A stretch of 64,000 nt of DNA from Sphaerodactylus townsendi (lineage: Eukaryota), in contig NC_059426.1 in NCBI RefSeq assembly GCF_021028975.2, positions 141,050,001 to 141,114,000 of the forward strand, in the 5' to 3' direction. Shown piece by piece: positions 23,001 to 35,900 of the stretch (the stretch's first letter is position 1; each line of letters begins with the position of its first letter). A program made the translations under genes and the position numbers. Below the pieces are notes generated by a model. It made no database searches and was not told the DNA's origin. It saw only the letters and a list, made by a program, of their open reading frames with translations.

Positions 23001-26000
23001 TGTTGTGGGTTTTCCGGCTGTGTGGCCGTGTTCAGGTAGATCTTGTTCCTAGGAACAAGTTCTACCAAACAACTTCAACACAGCCCGGAAAACTCACAAC
23101 AACCAGTTGAATCCGTCTGTGAAAGCTTTCGACAATACATTTACTCACACTGTTTTTATACTGCCCATAAACTCAAAAGTTCATCTTCTTGGTCTTCTAT
23201 GCAGTCCCACATGGAGACTGGGCAGGCTGGTCATGGAGATGAATGTCAAACTTCTGAAAATATTCTTCACTCTCCAGAGCACTCATGCCCTCACTCCCAG
23301 AGCCGAGATCAAGAAATGGCCATATGGGAGGGAGGGGGAGGAATTCTCCCTCAGTTCTCCTTTTGCCTCCATGTTAAGAGGGCCTGTTTTGAATTGCTGT
23401 TTGAGACTGAGGCAAATTCTTTGGGATAGCCTCAGCTACGGCTTCTTACTTTTCAGTGAGTGATAACTTCTCAAAAATGCTCCTCCTGTGGGGCTAAAAT
23501 GGCCAAGAATGATGGCCTTTTGTGTCTGGGGGAGGTCCATATACCATCGACTTGCTGCCATTGTTCTGATTTGACCCCCAAGGCCCAGCATGTCAGATCT
23601 TCTACACTGCAAGTGGCCTTTTTTGAGCTCTCCCTAATCCCATAAATGTTGGGAAGGGAGCTGTGAGTTCCCTCAGTGGTCTCTGTACCAACAAAGGAGA
23701 CCCTGGCTGAGGTGCTGTCCAAATCGGCAAGGGCTTCTTTGGAGCCAGTCAAGGCTAAAGCCAAAGAAAAAGAGATCACTCCAAACAGAGTGAAGTCCGC
23801 CTGATCTGGAATGGTCTCAACATCATTCAGGCAGTTGATGCCCTCCTTTGGCTTGGCAGCAGCATTCAATATTGCTGCCAAAAGTTTGGTCCGCAACCGA
23901 TTGTCAGAGCCGATCACTTGGATGCTCTTCTAACTCTCCTTGGCATTGGACTTTGCCCAGTGGTGGGATTCAAATAATTTAACAACCGGTTCCGGTGGTG
24001 GGATTAAAGTAATTTAACAGCCGGTTCTGGTGATGGGATTCAAATAATTTAACAACCGGTTCCAGTGGTGGGATTCAAGTAATTTAACAACCGGTTCCGG
24101 TGGTGGGATTAAAGTAATTTAACAACTGGTTGTTTAACAAGCACAATTTTCACAACCGGTTCTACCGAAGTGGTGCGAACCGGCTGAATCCCACCGCTGA
24201 CTTTGCCTGCTCCTGCCTATTCCCGTAGCCTGCAGCCAACCTACTCTCCTTAGTCTTGTGCATACGCAACTTTGAAATGAGGCTAATTGAATTCTTTTTG
24301 GAAAACAACTGTGTAGACAAGTACAGGCCGGATTCGTCTGGGATGGCAGGACCAGTGGCCTGGTCACAGACTAAAAAAAGGTAGAGAGTTAGGCCACAAA
24401 ATGGAGGCAGAATGGTTATGGCAACACAGTTCATAAAGCATGGAGGGAATTTCCTCTGACACAGTGGAATAAGGCAGCCAAGTTTGTCTTTCAGAGTCCT
24501 CTCATGAAAGCATATGTGCAAGTGGCTGTGTTCGTGCATTCAGGGGTTTAGCAAGAAGGGAGGTCGCTGGGGCAGTTGCCATCTCTCGGATGGCATGCAA
24601 AGAATAAAGGGATAAAAGATCCTATGTAGGAGTGGATGATTAGGAAGGAGGCACTAATTGTTGAAGAATAAGTCTCTGTTTGGGTGTATCGTTAAGTTTA
24701 CCTTATATGGAGTTAATTACTCATTTTATTTCATCACTTCCTCCCATTCTGTCCCTTCCTACTGTCTCAGTTCAATTTAGTATGAATTTAGTATGAATTT
24801 AGTATGGGTGTGAAATCACTGGCCCATTCTCCCGATTGTTCTTTATCTTTAGCCACCCTGTTGTACTCAGAGTTGAAAGAATGATTTTTCCCCCAACTTG
24901 TTGACTCTAATTGTAGTAGCCCTGTGGTACAGAGTAGTTATAATTCAGTACTGCAGTCAGAAGATCTGCTCACAACCTCAGTTTGATCCCAACAGAAGTC
25001 TATTTCAGGCAGCCGGCTCTTGACTGACTAGGGCTTCCATCCTTCTGAGGTCAATAAAATGAGTACCCAGCTTGCTGGAGGCAAAGTGTAGGCAACAGGG
25101 GAAGGCAATGGCAAACCACCCCATAAACATAGGCTGCCTGGTAATGTGATGTAACATCATCCCATGGATCATTAATTTCGCCTGTGCTTGCACAGAGGAC
25201 TACCTTTACCTGTTAAAACCTAATATTATGCAGCTCTTACTACGTGCGGATTCCAATCCATTTTAGACAGCAGCAGTTATGGACACAGAACCAGAAAATT
25301 ACAGCTCATATGCATTTATTGGAAAGTATAAGAGTGTAATCTTGAATAAGTGGTGCAGGGATAGTGGTTATTTAAGCATGGGTGAAAAGGGGAAATTGTG
25401 CATGTGGAGTGTGTCAAGGGAAAATATGTACTTTTGAATATGGTGTGAGTTTCTAAACTCACATAGATACAATGCTACATAACAACATTGATTGTAGTGA
25501 TTTTTAGGAACATAAAAATGAAATTCTCAATATTTGTCTGACTGGAATGTTGATACTGAGACTGGTCATGATAATCTTTCCAGTGAAAGCACTTAATTTT
25601 CAAACGCATTCAGCTGGTCTTCTGAATTATAATGTTCTAAATGTTAATTATTTCATGGTGACCCATCATGTTGTGTTGTGTAGTCTTCCATTAACTAGTG
25701 GAGGATTCTGAAAACTAAGAATGTAAGGAGGAGACATGGCTGTTGGTAGGCTTTGAATCATTAGTCATCAGCCAGTGTTAAAATGTTAGTCTAAAGCTGG
25801 GGAGACCTAGGTTCAGGTTCCATGTACCCATAGCATGCAGTGGATGAATGTAGGTCATGCTGTCCACCAGCCTATCTCACATGGCTGTTGTGAAGATCCT
25901 ATTGACAGGAAAACCATGTATGCTGTGCCCTGAGCTCCAGATAACTGGGTGGACCAGTGTTATACTGCTCATTGCAAATAAGCTGGGAGTGAAGTGTCAA

Positions 26001-27248
26001 TTTATACTTTCTTAGGTTGACCAAATCCTGTAGTTTGGCCCTGTGTGCCAGACTTGAAAATGTTGTTAGCCCAATCCAGCCTTCACACCTGATGTTTACC
26101 CCCCGCCCCCCTTTTATGGTAATCAGGATCACCTGCCTACTTATGTAATTTTGTTGCAGGCTCTTTAAACCATCTTCTGAGATATGAACAAGAACAGCAG
26201 AGACACAACCTTTCTATCATGGCTGCAATTGACTTGCTGAAGCGGTTGTACTCTACAAGTGCAGCTCCTTTTGTGCTGTTAAGGACCTGGGGATTGCAAG
26301 CGACTAATGTGGCAACTTCAGTTAAAGTAAGACACTTATCTTTCACAAAAGGAGCCATGGCGTTATGATGAAAGAGAGATGCCTGCTGGTTAGGCAAGAT
26401 GCAGTATCTTGTGCTCCTGTTGGAACTTGGAATATTGTCCCGAAAGGCTTCTGGCAAGATCTGTTGTTTTCCATTGGGAAGGAAGACTGGGGTTAGGTGT
26501 ATATGCACACTTCGGCCTCTGAGAAACTTGACTAATAGGGCCAAAGTAGACATGATGACATCCCTGGGTCCAACTCACAGATGCTGCCTTTTTTTAAGCC
26601 CAGTGAGGCAATTTTACAATGTCATGATCTTAATCAGGTCCTCATAGCATTCTTTAATTGCCTCATTGTGCTTTAAAAGGCAGCAGCATTCACAGGTCTG
26701 ACCCAGGACCACTGTCACATCTCGTTCGGCCCTAAAGTAGAGGCCTGTCCTACCCCTCAGGATAAAGAAGTTGATCATTGCTGATGTGAAACACTGCAAG
26801 CTTTTTGGTGTGCACTGTTACTTAATGAACTGGTTAACATGGCCTCTGGGAGTGAGAAACAGGAAAGAACTCAGAATTAGTTTCATGTTTTCAAAACTTT
26901 TTCTACCATCTCCTGGGTGGCAGTGGGACTTTGCTTGTACATGTGATTCTTAATGATGGGTTGGTTACTCAGCATGAAGAGCCAACAAATTTATCAGCAG
27001 AGGATCTTGCGTTCAGGAAACACACATCGTATCTCCCGCTATTTTCTTTATTGTAAAGCATTCGTATTAGAGGTTGGGAAATCCAATCACGGATCCATGT
27101 AACATATTGTTTGAGCTTTAGACTCTAATTCCTGTCTTTTCAGTTAGTGGGGATATGCTGTAGATGTAACACTAGCCAAGAATGTAAGTAATATGTCTCT
27201 TCTTTCTCCATTTTTTAGGAGCAGATCATGGCATTTGCCAGTAAGTGA
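10854..27248 (+). CDS. COQ6: Ubiquinone biosynthesis monooxygenase COQ6, 12 exons, ~477 aa
   Basis: Exons 10854-11043, 12864-12998, 15301-15359, 19215-19338, 19672-19802, 20320-20427, 20535-20597, 21182-21289, 22008-22210, 22765-22880, 26160-26326, 27219-27248 (1434 nt, all GT-AG). FAD motifs [35 protein letters not shown]; C-terminus EQIMAFASK*. Confidence 0.98.
11380..11683 (-). mobile_element. RTE/Bov-B-type LINE 3' fragment
   Basis: Decayed RTE C-terminal coding pattern ([16 protein letters not shown]) and 3' end. Confidence 0.6.
11782..11921. mobile_element. Palindromic MITE (related copy at ~55508-55648)
   Basis: ~30-bp TIR GGCCCCTTCCGCACATGCAGAATAATGCACT; superfamily uncertain, possibly PIF/Harbinger. 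Confidence 0.75.
12333..12480. mobile_element. Palindromic hAT MITE (148 bp)
   Basis: Near-perfect hairpin; TSD AGCTAATC on both sides. Confidence 0.9.
12864..12998 (+). CDS. COQ6: COQ6 exon 2
   Basis: [10 protein letters not shown]...YSNRVS; tag| and |gtaagt. Confidence 0.95.
15301..15359 (+). CDS. COQ6: COQ6 exon 3
   Basis: [19 protein letters not shown]. Confidence 0.95.
15763..16405. repeat. Long inverted repeat (arms 15763-16056 and 16083-16369) + 36-nt tail; probable Penelope-like insertion
   Basis: Arms align as reverse complements with scattered mismatches; flanking direct repeat TATCTATT(A/G)GCCA. Confidence 0.85.
17161..17816. mobile_element. Non-autonomous hAT element
   Basis: TIR CAGGGGCGTAA / TTACGCCCCTG; TSD ATGATTTG; internal inverted GGTTTGGTTCAGGG modules. 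Confidence 0.9.
19215..19338 (+). CDS. COQ6: COQ6 exon 4
   Basis: [30 protein letters not shown]. Confidence 0.95.
19672..19802 (+). CDS. COQ6: COQ6 exon 5
   Basis: [11 protein letters not shown]...[11 protein letters not shown]...KLL. Confidence 0.95.
20320..20427 (+). CDS. COQ6: COQ6 exon 6
   Basis: [11 protein letters not shown]...[14 protein letters not shown]. Confidence 0.95.
20535..20597 (+). CDS. COQ6: COQ6 exon 7
   Basis: [21 protein letters not shown]. Confidence 0.95.
20614..20870. other. Assembly gap (257 N) in COQ6 intron 7
   Basis: Run of N; flanking exons 7 and 8 join in frame, so no coding exon is missing. Confidence 0.99.
21182..21289 (+). CDS. COQ6: COQ6 exon 8
   Basis: [17 protein letters not shown]...FVDSINSAF. 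Confidence 0.95.
22008..22210 (+). CDS. COQ6: COQ6 exon 9
   Basis: [14 protein letters not shown]...RQLPPSV...FPLGLGHA...ALIG. Confidence 0.95.
22765..22880 (+). CDS. COQ6: COQ6 exon 10
   Basis: [21 protein letters not shown]. Confidence 0.96.
22997..23139. mobile_element. Short Penelope-type hairpin insertion
   Basis: TGGTTGTTGTGGGTTTTCCGG...CCGGAAAACTCACAACAACCA palindrome + 34-nt tail; direct repeat TTTA(T/C)TCACA. Confidence 0.75.
23958..24199 (+). mobile_element. hAT MITE whose left 35-bp terminus is repeated five times
   Basis: TIR CAGTGGTGGGATTCA / TGAATCCCACCGCTG; TSD ACTTTGCC (23950-23957, 24200-24207). Confidence 0.9.
24915..25212 (+). mobile_element. tRNA-derived SINE with RTE-like tail (Sauria-SINE-like)
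   Basis: tRNA-like head, GAAGGCAATGGCAAACCAC body, ACCTTTACC tail. Confidence 0.65.
26160..26326 (+). CDS. COQ6: COQ6 exon 11
   Basis: YEQEQQRHN...DLLKRLYST...[10 protein letters not shown]. Confidence 0.95.
27219..27248 (+). CDS. COQ6: COQ6 exon 12
   Basis: tag|EQIMAFASK*. Confidence 0.95.
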   Translation, partial: EQIMAFASK

Positions 27249-29905
27249 TCTCCTTGTGAACTTAGATTTAATGTTCACTACCAATTGGTGGAGACTCTGA
27301 CTTCATTTGTAAAGGCTGGATGGATTACATTTGTTCGAAGATATTTGAATAGATAATGGGAAAAGGAGGAACATCAGATTTTTATGTCTGCTTGTTAAAG
27401 GTGGAACATTTGTTGCTTCAGAGAGAGCAGGACTTGGTTTTTGCCTATGATGCTAGTAATTTTTTGATCCTAACCAGCGCTGGGCTTCTAAAGACTTGGA
27501 AGGTTTGCTTGGCAGAAGTACATTGTTGGAAGTTTACTTGTGGCCACTGCTTTGGAGGCAGACACAAAATTGCTTTCAGCTCAGATTTTGAGATCAGTTA
27601 GATTGGTGATTATTCAAGTCTCCCCTGATTCTTCATAGTTCAACAACATTTTTCAGCCTTGGCCTGTTAGATATGTGATGTCTGGTTGCTTGAAAAACAG
27701 GATTGGGCTGATGCTTGCCTAATCTCTCCTAAGGGTTACAACCGTATTCTCATTCATCATTTAGCCTGGAGTACCAAAGATGAAGATCAATTACAGGCTG
27801 GAGTCCAAGAACATTCTGTTAAAAATATCATTTAATTTATAAAATAGACATTCAGGGCTCTGTCTTGTTCATGTACCAATCAGCTAATCCCAATAATATT
27901 CATTTAACTGCTTTGAAGCACTAAGTAATACGAATAATACAGCTAACAAACAGGGATAATTGTGTATCCTTTTTCCAGTCAACCAACCTGAGAACAAAAT
28001 GTGACTGAAAAGGTATTTGAAGGTCTACAGCATGTATCCAACACACATACAGTGCTGTATATGCAGACAGCGGAGAGGCCCTGTCTACTCACAGTTTAGC
28101 TTATTTTGTAATAATTTAAAGTAAACTAAAGCATGTGCTGTGCTAGGATTATACTTAAAATTATGTAAATACCTAAAACCTGTTTCTGCTTCTTTTTTTA
28201 AAAGCTTCTTGAATTTAGTGTTTGTTTCATTTACTTCTTTTCTACCATTTGTGTACGTAAATCCTTTAAACAAAATCCATGCTATGCAGATCATTAAGTG
28301 TATATTGTTTCACTGGATAGGCACGGACATTTGTGAAAGTAGGACAAATTCCATATCACAACTGGAATCATCAGAAGGAAAAACTATTACTATAATCTTG
28401 CACCCCTTATGCAGACCAAGTCCATGATGGTCTATATTATTTGAGGGAGGGTGTACCAAAGTGAAGTCTTGGTTACAGCAGTAGTTATGTATCTGTTATG
28501 ACATACACAGAAGCGAAGATGATCAAGACCCTGAATTTTGATGATTTCTTCTAAATTAAGACATTACCTGCCCTGAGGCAGTGGTAAAGGGCAGGTAATA
28601 AATGTAAATAGAAATAGAATGTACTAATACATATTGCCTTTGGTTCAGGAACGGCAGTGGTCCAAAAGCGAGACATGCCCAAGTTTTCAGATGAGGTCAA
28701 AGAGAGTTTGCCCTGGGTTTTAGCGAATTATGTTGCTGTAGTCCAGGACTAAACAATCTTTACTTCCAGTTTGCTTTACTACCAAAGCAGGAGTTTGTTT
28801 CATTACCAATAGCTAAGTCTAGACTGTAAGGAGTGGAGTAATTGAGCTCTACCTCATTGGAAGTTAAGACATCTACCATAATTATTTAAAACATAATTAA
28901 ATATTTTATCTGGATGTTATGTAGAAACACACCAATTTGTCCTTATCTTTCAGCCAAAAAAAAAAAAAGCAATTGGACAAAACCATCTGAACATTCTGTC
29001 CAATAGTTGCTTATCCACACAATATCAATATTTAGTGACTGCATACCCTCATATGGAATACTGAAGCGCACAACAACATTGAAGCAACTGAAAACTGATA
29101 GTCCCATTCTGGGGTCTGACTAATGACCATTTTGCAGAAACTGAAGACTTGTTTCAGCTTGATGCAGTTACAGCCAGATATCTGAATATTTGGCAGTAAA
29201 CAGGGATTGTAAGAATACACTGAAATATTTTTGTGACTGTTAATCCCTAGAAAACTTAATTCTGAAGCATACAGAAAAATGCTTATAGCACACTATTGCC
29301 ATCTCAAGACTTTATTGGAAGGGAGATGAAAAGAGGAAAAAAATTGAAACCATCTCTTGTGGGATTCCTAAATGCTCCCATTCCTTGCAGCTTCTAGCTA
29401 GGTTGACAATTCATTTCTTCTGTCAACCGTCTCTCCTTCAGCTGTGTCAAAAATATCCTTCCCCGCTCTTAGGAATTCGCTAATTCTAAAAGATTAATTA
29501 CCAAGCTTCAAACATCCTAAGAACAGGTTTGGATAAATAGCTCATTCCAGTTTTTGTTATGAGGCTAGGCTTCTGCTTTAGATATGATCCTTCATTGTTT
29601 CATGTGCAAAAGGGCCTGCAAACTTTGTGGAACATGGCGAGGTCTAGTGATACCAAAAGGACATAAATGCTTTGGCCAAAGACATGTCTGAGCTCCCTGA
29701 ATAAGATCAGTATCAAGGCTACTGAACTAAAGCTCAGATCCTTTCGCATAAATTATGCAATTATTTTACGTCCAGAGCACTTATTATCCTAGAAGAACCC
29801 GTCTTGTCCTGCAGCTCAGAAATGCCCAGTCTCTTCTTTGGTCTGTACACTGTTTAGAACTGCATGTTCTTGTTTCTAAAAAAGTACCCTGCAGACAACG
29901 CCATC

Positions 29906-29992
29906 TCAGTGGGAAAGTCTCAAGGACTGCAGAAGATGAAATGTTGCCCCTAGAGCCCAACCCGTCTCTATGTTGTTCACTTTCTTTGCCAG
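29906..29992 (-). CDS. ENTPD5: ENTPD5 coding exon 13
   Basis: [28 protein letters not shown]. Confidence 0.95.
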   Translation of the reverse strand: MAKKVNNIETGWALGATFHLLQSLRLSH

Positions 29993-32900
29993 CTGTAAAA
30001 TGGGAAAGAAAAGAGATCAGTTCTCTTAGTTCAACCAAAATTGTCAAGAGAAATCTCAACAGGTACAACAGGAACATCTGTACAAGTGATTCCAAGGCTT
30101 CAAGTGCATTATTTTGTATTAATTCATTTATAGTCCTCCTTGCTGACATTCAAGGTGGATTACAAAATATAAAAATCAATTCATGCTAACGGCAAAGACC
30201 CCAACCCCCACCCCCCAAAAAAGAAAAAAGCAGTAGGCCTAGAACTGTGGACTTGGAAAACAGTGTTAACAAAAGAACATCTTAAGGCATAACATGCCAC
30301 AATTCAGAAAGTAGGTAATAAAGAAGGCAATGTAATAAAAAGAATCTAATAATACAATAAACACTGCAGTAGAAAACAATCCTATCCCTTCTAAAAGCAA
30401 CTTTTTGAGCTGTCCCACTATAGTTCAGTTCTAATCCCTTTATGAAAAAATCCATTGTTCATCTTTTTTTAGAAGTTAATGCAAAAGCAAGTTAGTAAAT
30501 GTTAAGATGCTAAACTGAAGCAAAAAAGTCCACTACATATAACTCTATATTTTTCAGCATTTAGGCTCCATCACACTTGAAGAATGTTAAAAGAATCATT
30601 GGTTATTGAAGATAAACATTGCCTGCTATCAGGAATTTATTAGGAATAACAAAAAACTGCTTTGAAAATCCTGAGATTCAAGAAGATACAGTGGAACTTC
30701 GGTTTTCATTACCTTCTGTTTTCATTGTTTAATTACAATGTCTTGCCCCATTTCAGACAAATCTTAAAGAGGCGTCAGAAACAGACCTCTTTGGACAGCT
30801 TTCTGGTGCAACATTGGTCCACTGGCTCTGAAGCTGGTCCTAGTATTACTGTTTGTTACTGTTTTCAGCATTAAACACTAAGTTTATTCACCTAAAATGA
30901 GTTTTTGGTATGTTTTTTGGAGTGCCTAGAACGGATTAATTAAATTTATATTGATTCCTATGGAAAAGTTTGCCTCGGTTTTCATTGATTATTTTCAGAT
31001 GGCTTACCAACAAAAACCGAGGTTCCACTGTAAATATGAGTGATGTAACACACACACAAAAGAAAATAGGGAAGTGTTAAGCTGTGTGAAACAATAGCCA
31101 TGCCAACAAGTGAACTGTAGTAGCAGTAATTCCAGGAACCAGCCCCTAAATATAGCTCATTTGCTCACCCCACTTCAACTCTGGTTTCCCTCATACAATT
31201 TGCTCACCTGTAAAATTGTGCTGTCTCCAAATCCAAATCCTTCCTTTAATAAGGCTGTAATATAACTGAGATCCATACACAGAAAAGGGCTGGCAGAGCT
31301 GTACCTCTCCATGTTATCACACACTATGGAAAAGAGGACTTCTATTAGTATTATAATAGCTGTGAACATCACACATGTCCAGTCTTCTGTGCACAATGGG
31401 ATCATGGGCTCCCTTTCCCTACCTCTTCCTTTGAATGAATTTCATATGCTGGTAAAAGAGCACTCATTAAAGAGGGTTAATCTTGACTAACCTCAGTGTT
31501 GAGGCTATGATGAACAATGGTTAACAATGGCTGGGAAGTGGTGGCAAAGAGGCGGCCTTCTCATCTGTCAGTCATGATGGAAGATCAATTAGTATTATAT
31601 CTGTGCTGCTCCTAACTGAGAAGCCTCAAAGGGCTTGTTCTAACCCAACTTTTTGGAATGATTCTCATTTGGTGTGAACACTTGTGATTAGAATGCAACA
31701 TCCCTGCAACTGGTGGAAAATATCCTTGTGTTTACAATGCGTGCAATCTGTGGACTGTTCATCAGAAAAACCTTGCACCAGCTTCCCCAAAATGTTCCTT
31801 TTATTAGGTGGAAATGATACAATCAGAAGATGCCTGGAGGATCAAAAATTCAAACACCAGAGGCTATGCTTTTTTTCTGATAGACACCAAACATATTCAA
31901 GGATGGATGAGGCTTCTGATATGCAGCACTTCGTTATAAATCTAGAGAATGTAAAGATACAACCAAATACTTCTGCAGATGAGAATCCATTAGCAGTAAT
32001 TTGGATACAAAACAAAGGCAGAAGAGGAAGATGAAGGCTAACAGCCCCATCCAAACCAGGAAGTGCCCCACTGCCTCCAATAGAGCTTTCTGGTGTCGCA
32101 GAGAGCTTGGGAAAGCCCCAAAGCTCTGATATTATTTTCTGATATAATTGTAATTGTTTTAATTTTTTTCTTTTTTTGTTATATCTATACAAAATAAAAA
32201 TACATATTACTGCAGTGTAATTATTCAAGAAGCTGCTTTACACTTTCAGACCATTCCTCATTCCTGAAGTATAGTAATAGTTTAAAGTTTGTTAGTTTCA
32301 CTATGGAAAACAAGTTAACAAGTGACAAATATTCCTTATTTGAAAACATACATCCAAACTTTTATGAATCTGCACAGAGCATTGTTTCAAAAACAGTTCA
32401 CTTATTGCTAAATAAACTTCAGTATTGTTTTTTCCCTCGGATAAGAACCATTTAGCAGATTCCCTAGCTCAAATTTCCACTTTTTTCTTTACCTTCTTTG
32501 GCTTTTTGTTTGAAGTCTTGCACTTCTAGAATGCCACCTTTTTCATAATCTGAAATATCAAAAATAATGATAATAGCATGGCTGAGGAAATATATTGTAA
32601 AAGACTAACAAAGTATAACTTTGGACAAGTTGAGTTTACAGTACATATTATGTATAAAACTTCGAGATGAGAATTCATCAGCACTCTTTTGCTAGCTCAA
32701 TTAAAAGAATGAAGGGGTGTAGGGTTGGAGAAGATTAAGTAGAATCCCCTATATTAGAACCAAAAGTTTTACTTTTACTTTGCCTTATTTGAATGATTGT
32801 AGATTACATCTTGAGTTTGTACAACTGCTTAAAGTTACAGAAATTGGAACACTTAGTGCAGATTTCTACAGTCACTTATTTGGGCATCATTTAAAGCAGA

Positions 32901-35900
32901 TGTTGTGATTTCTAAGTTTGGCTCACATGCCATGCCTTGTTGGTTAAGCCTTTCACATAATAAAGGTCTGCTGAAAATTGATGGATAGGGTAAACTTAAG
33001 GAAGACTTCAACAACGAACAATTAAAGTCCCTTTAAGTTCTATCTAAGAGAAAAATAAATATAATATTCCCCCAATTCCATTCAGCTAAGACAAGATTTC
33101 AAACAGTTGCTGTTCACCTATAAGGTCAATGTCCACGGCCCGATCATAGAAATAGGAAAAGGCATAGAAGGAGTTTCTGCGAATCTCATCTGGTTGATGT
33201 AGTTTCCCTTGTACAACCTTCAGGACTTCAGAATAACAAGATTCAAATCCTGTTTCTCCTGCAGGACAAACAAACAAATGTAAGGAGGGCATGAGTCATG
33301 ACCAGACACAGCAGAATCTTTAAAAATTAAATGAACAGGGAAATAGAACAAGAAAGTGAAACAATGGAGATTCAAATGGTCATCCTCAAGATCAGCCAGG
33401 GATAGCAACGAGAGAGATGGAGCTTTTAAGCAGTGGTACCTCATTTGTAGAATGCTCTTCCCCTTGAGACTCACCGAACGCCTACTGCAGCACTGTCTCT
33501 TAGGTGCCAAGTCAAAACATTTCTTTTCCCCAGGCTTTTAACTAAGGTTTCTTTTAACTTATGCTTCTAGCCTGTGGTCTGTTTATGGATACTTTTGCTC
33601 AGGTTTTTTTAAATGACGTTCTATGCTAACTGCTTGTTTTTAATATAGTTTTTTTTAAGGTTTTGTTTTCATGTAAGCTGCCTCAAACAGATTTCTGGAA
33701 AGGCAACAGACATATTTCCTAAATAAACAAATAAATCCTTTTATCGAAAGGTGACAAAGACTGCTCCTGGGACCTTCTGCCTGCAAAGCAGATGCTTTAC
33801 CACTAAGCCATGGTTCTACCCCCAAGAAAGGTGTAATTCAAAGACAAATACAAGAAAAAAAATAAAGGAATCACCATCGATTGCTTGTTACTGTCCTTCT
33901 ACTTTACCTTCTCTGTTGCCCCCATACTGATATTTCACTCCTCCAAAGTGCCACTCGGCTTCCAGATGTTTTGGCAAACAGGAACTTCGGAATGTCTGCC
34001 CATCTGCTGCTGAACAGAATTAGATGGGAAAAATCAGGATGACGCGTGCTTTCTAAATCCCTCTTAACTGCAGGAAGGAAAGTTGGTGAAAATTCAGACT
34101 CCTCACTCCATTTGCAGAAGAGAATTTAGAATGGGCTTTAGAATGAGTTTCTAAATTTAGAATGGGCTTTAGAATGAGAATTTAGAATGGGCTGATTTCT
34201 TAAGAATGGGCTAGGATGCTAAATTTATTAGACTCTCCAGGTTAAGGCCCCTGGCTTAATTTTTACAGTGGAGAAACATCATGGGGGACCAGGCTGGAAG
34301 ATTTTGGCCCCAAATCAGACCAAAAGTACATAAATGGGCAGGACTTGAGAACACAAGGTTGAGCAGCATAAGACATATAGACAGATGGAAAGTGGCAAAA
34401 AGTACTTCCTACTTGGCTAAACCAATGATGAGGAGGGGAACATGGAAATAGTAGTGGTATGTGAGGCTCAAGAGGGCCTTGCAATTCACATGGAAGAAAT
34501 CTTTACAAGTTTGGGAACCCCAATCATCAGAATGAAACAATATATGTTTTAAAGGGAATTCTGAACTATGGAATAGTATCCCCTGAAATTATGCCTTTTC
34601 GTATTCCAGCACATGAGCAGTCTTGCCTCTTCTATAATTTGAGGGGGGGGGGGAATCCACAGTCAAAAACTTACATTTATTCTTTAGAAAATAGATTGTA
34701 AGAAGACAGTACATGTTTTCAGCTAGGGTTTTGCAACGTAAGCAAAGTAATCAAAAGCAAAACTCACCTCCACTCAGGTTTGGGTTTAATAATTAATTAC
34801 ACGCTACACAGGGCCACTGCAATTGTTTTCCAAAACCTTGGCTAAACCAAGATTTTCACATCCTAGACTAGGCAGAGTTACGCCCATCCAGGTCCACTGA
34901 AGTCAATGCATTTAGAAGGGTGTCACTTCACTTAGGACTGCCCTATCAGTCTTTCAGGTGAGCATTTCATGACTTGGATCCCACCTGAGCTGGTTTGAAT
35001 GTTTACATATTGTACTGAGTCACCTTCATCAGTTATCTCTTTGAATAAAGGCGTCAGGGGGTGTATGGAGGAAGTTCTACAACATACAGACAGTCTGTTA
35101 GAGTAGTGGTTCCCAAAGCGGGTAGAACTGTGCCCTGGGAGGTGGTGGAATTACCCGGAGGGTACAGAGGAAAAGTGGCAGCAGGGATACTAGGGGTCAA
35201 TAACTTTAAACCAGACATTGGTATCGCTTCATCAAGCCCATCCATCACATTAAGCACTTACTGAGCACCGAAATAGTTACTAAATGTGGTATCTAAGCTT
35301 CTTGCCAAATGACTATCAGGTTTTGAAAAGCTGCAATCACGGGATGAAGTTTACCCATTTTGTTGAATAAATTTTGTTGAATAAAAAGTTTACTTGATTT
35401 TGAATACATGTGCAATTAATCTTTATTGTTTTGAATTCCATTGTTATCTCTCTTACTGGGTCATGCAAACCATTGTTTGAATAATGCTTCTCATAGGGGA
35501 GGGTAAGGGGCACTGAGGATGAACTTATGGAACAAATGAGGAAGTGGCCTGGAAAGGTTTGAGAACCACTGTGTTACAGGCTTACCAGGGACATTTACCT
35601 GGACCCATATGAATGGGACAAATCTGGCGAACGGAATGTGCTCATTCAGCTTATCTGATCCATGCAAACCACATTCCAGCCATTGTTCAATGTGCCTTGA
35701 TCCCCTGCCAGTCTGCATTCCAGCTCGGTGATTAATAATAAAAATCCGAGAGGAGAGGCAATTTTCACACACAGATTCTCTTTCTGGGTCATGAAACCTG
35801 CACAAGATGCAGTTAAGGATCTAATGATGACAAAATTGACCCATTTGACCTAGGAACACTTGCACTATGAACAGTGAATGAGAGTATGCACTTTGCAAAC

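Noticed and set aside
23471-23917. 148-aa minus-strand ORF in COQ6 intron 10
   Set aside because: Non-ATG start and no recognisable domain; the region looks like a decayed LINE that I cannot classify.
23958-24135. CRISPR-like array of 35-bp repeats
   Set aside because: The repeats are contiguous with no spacers, the context is eukaryotic, and TIR/TSD show it is a hAT terminus.
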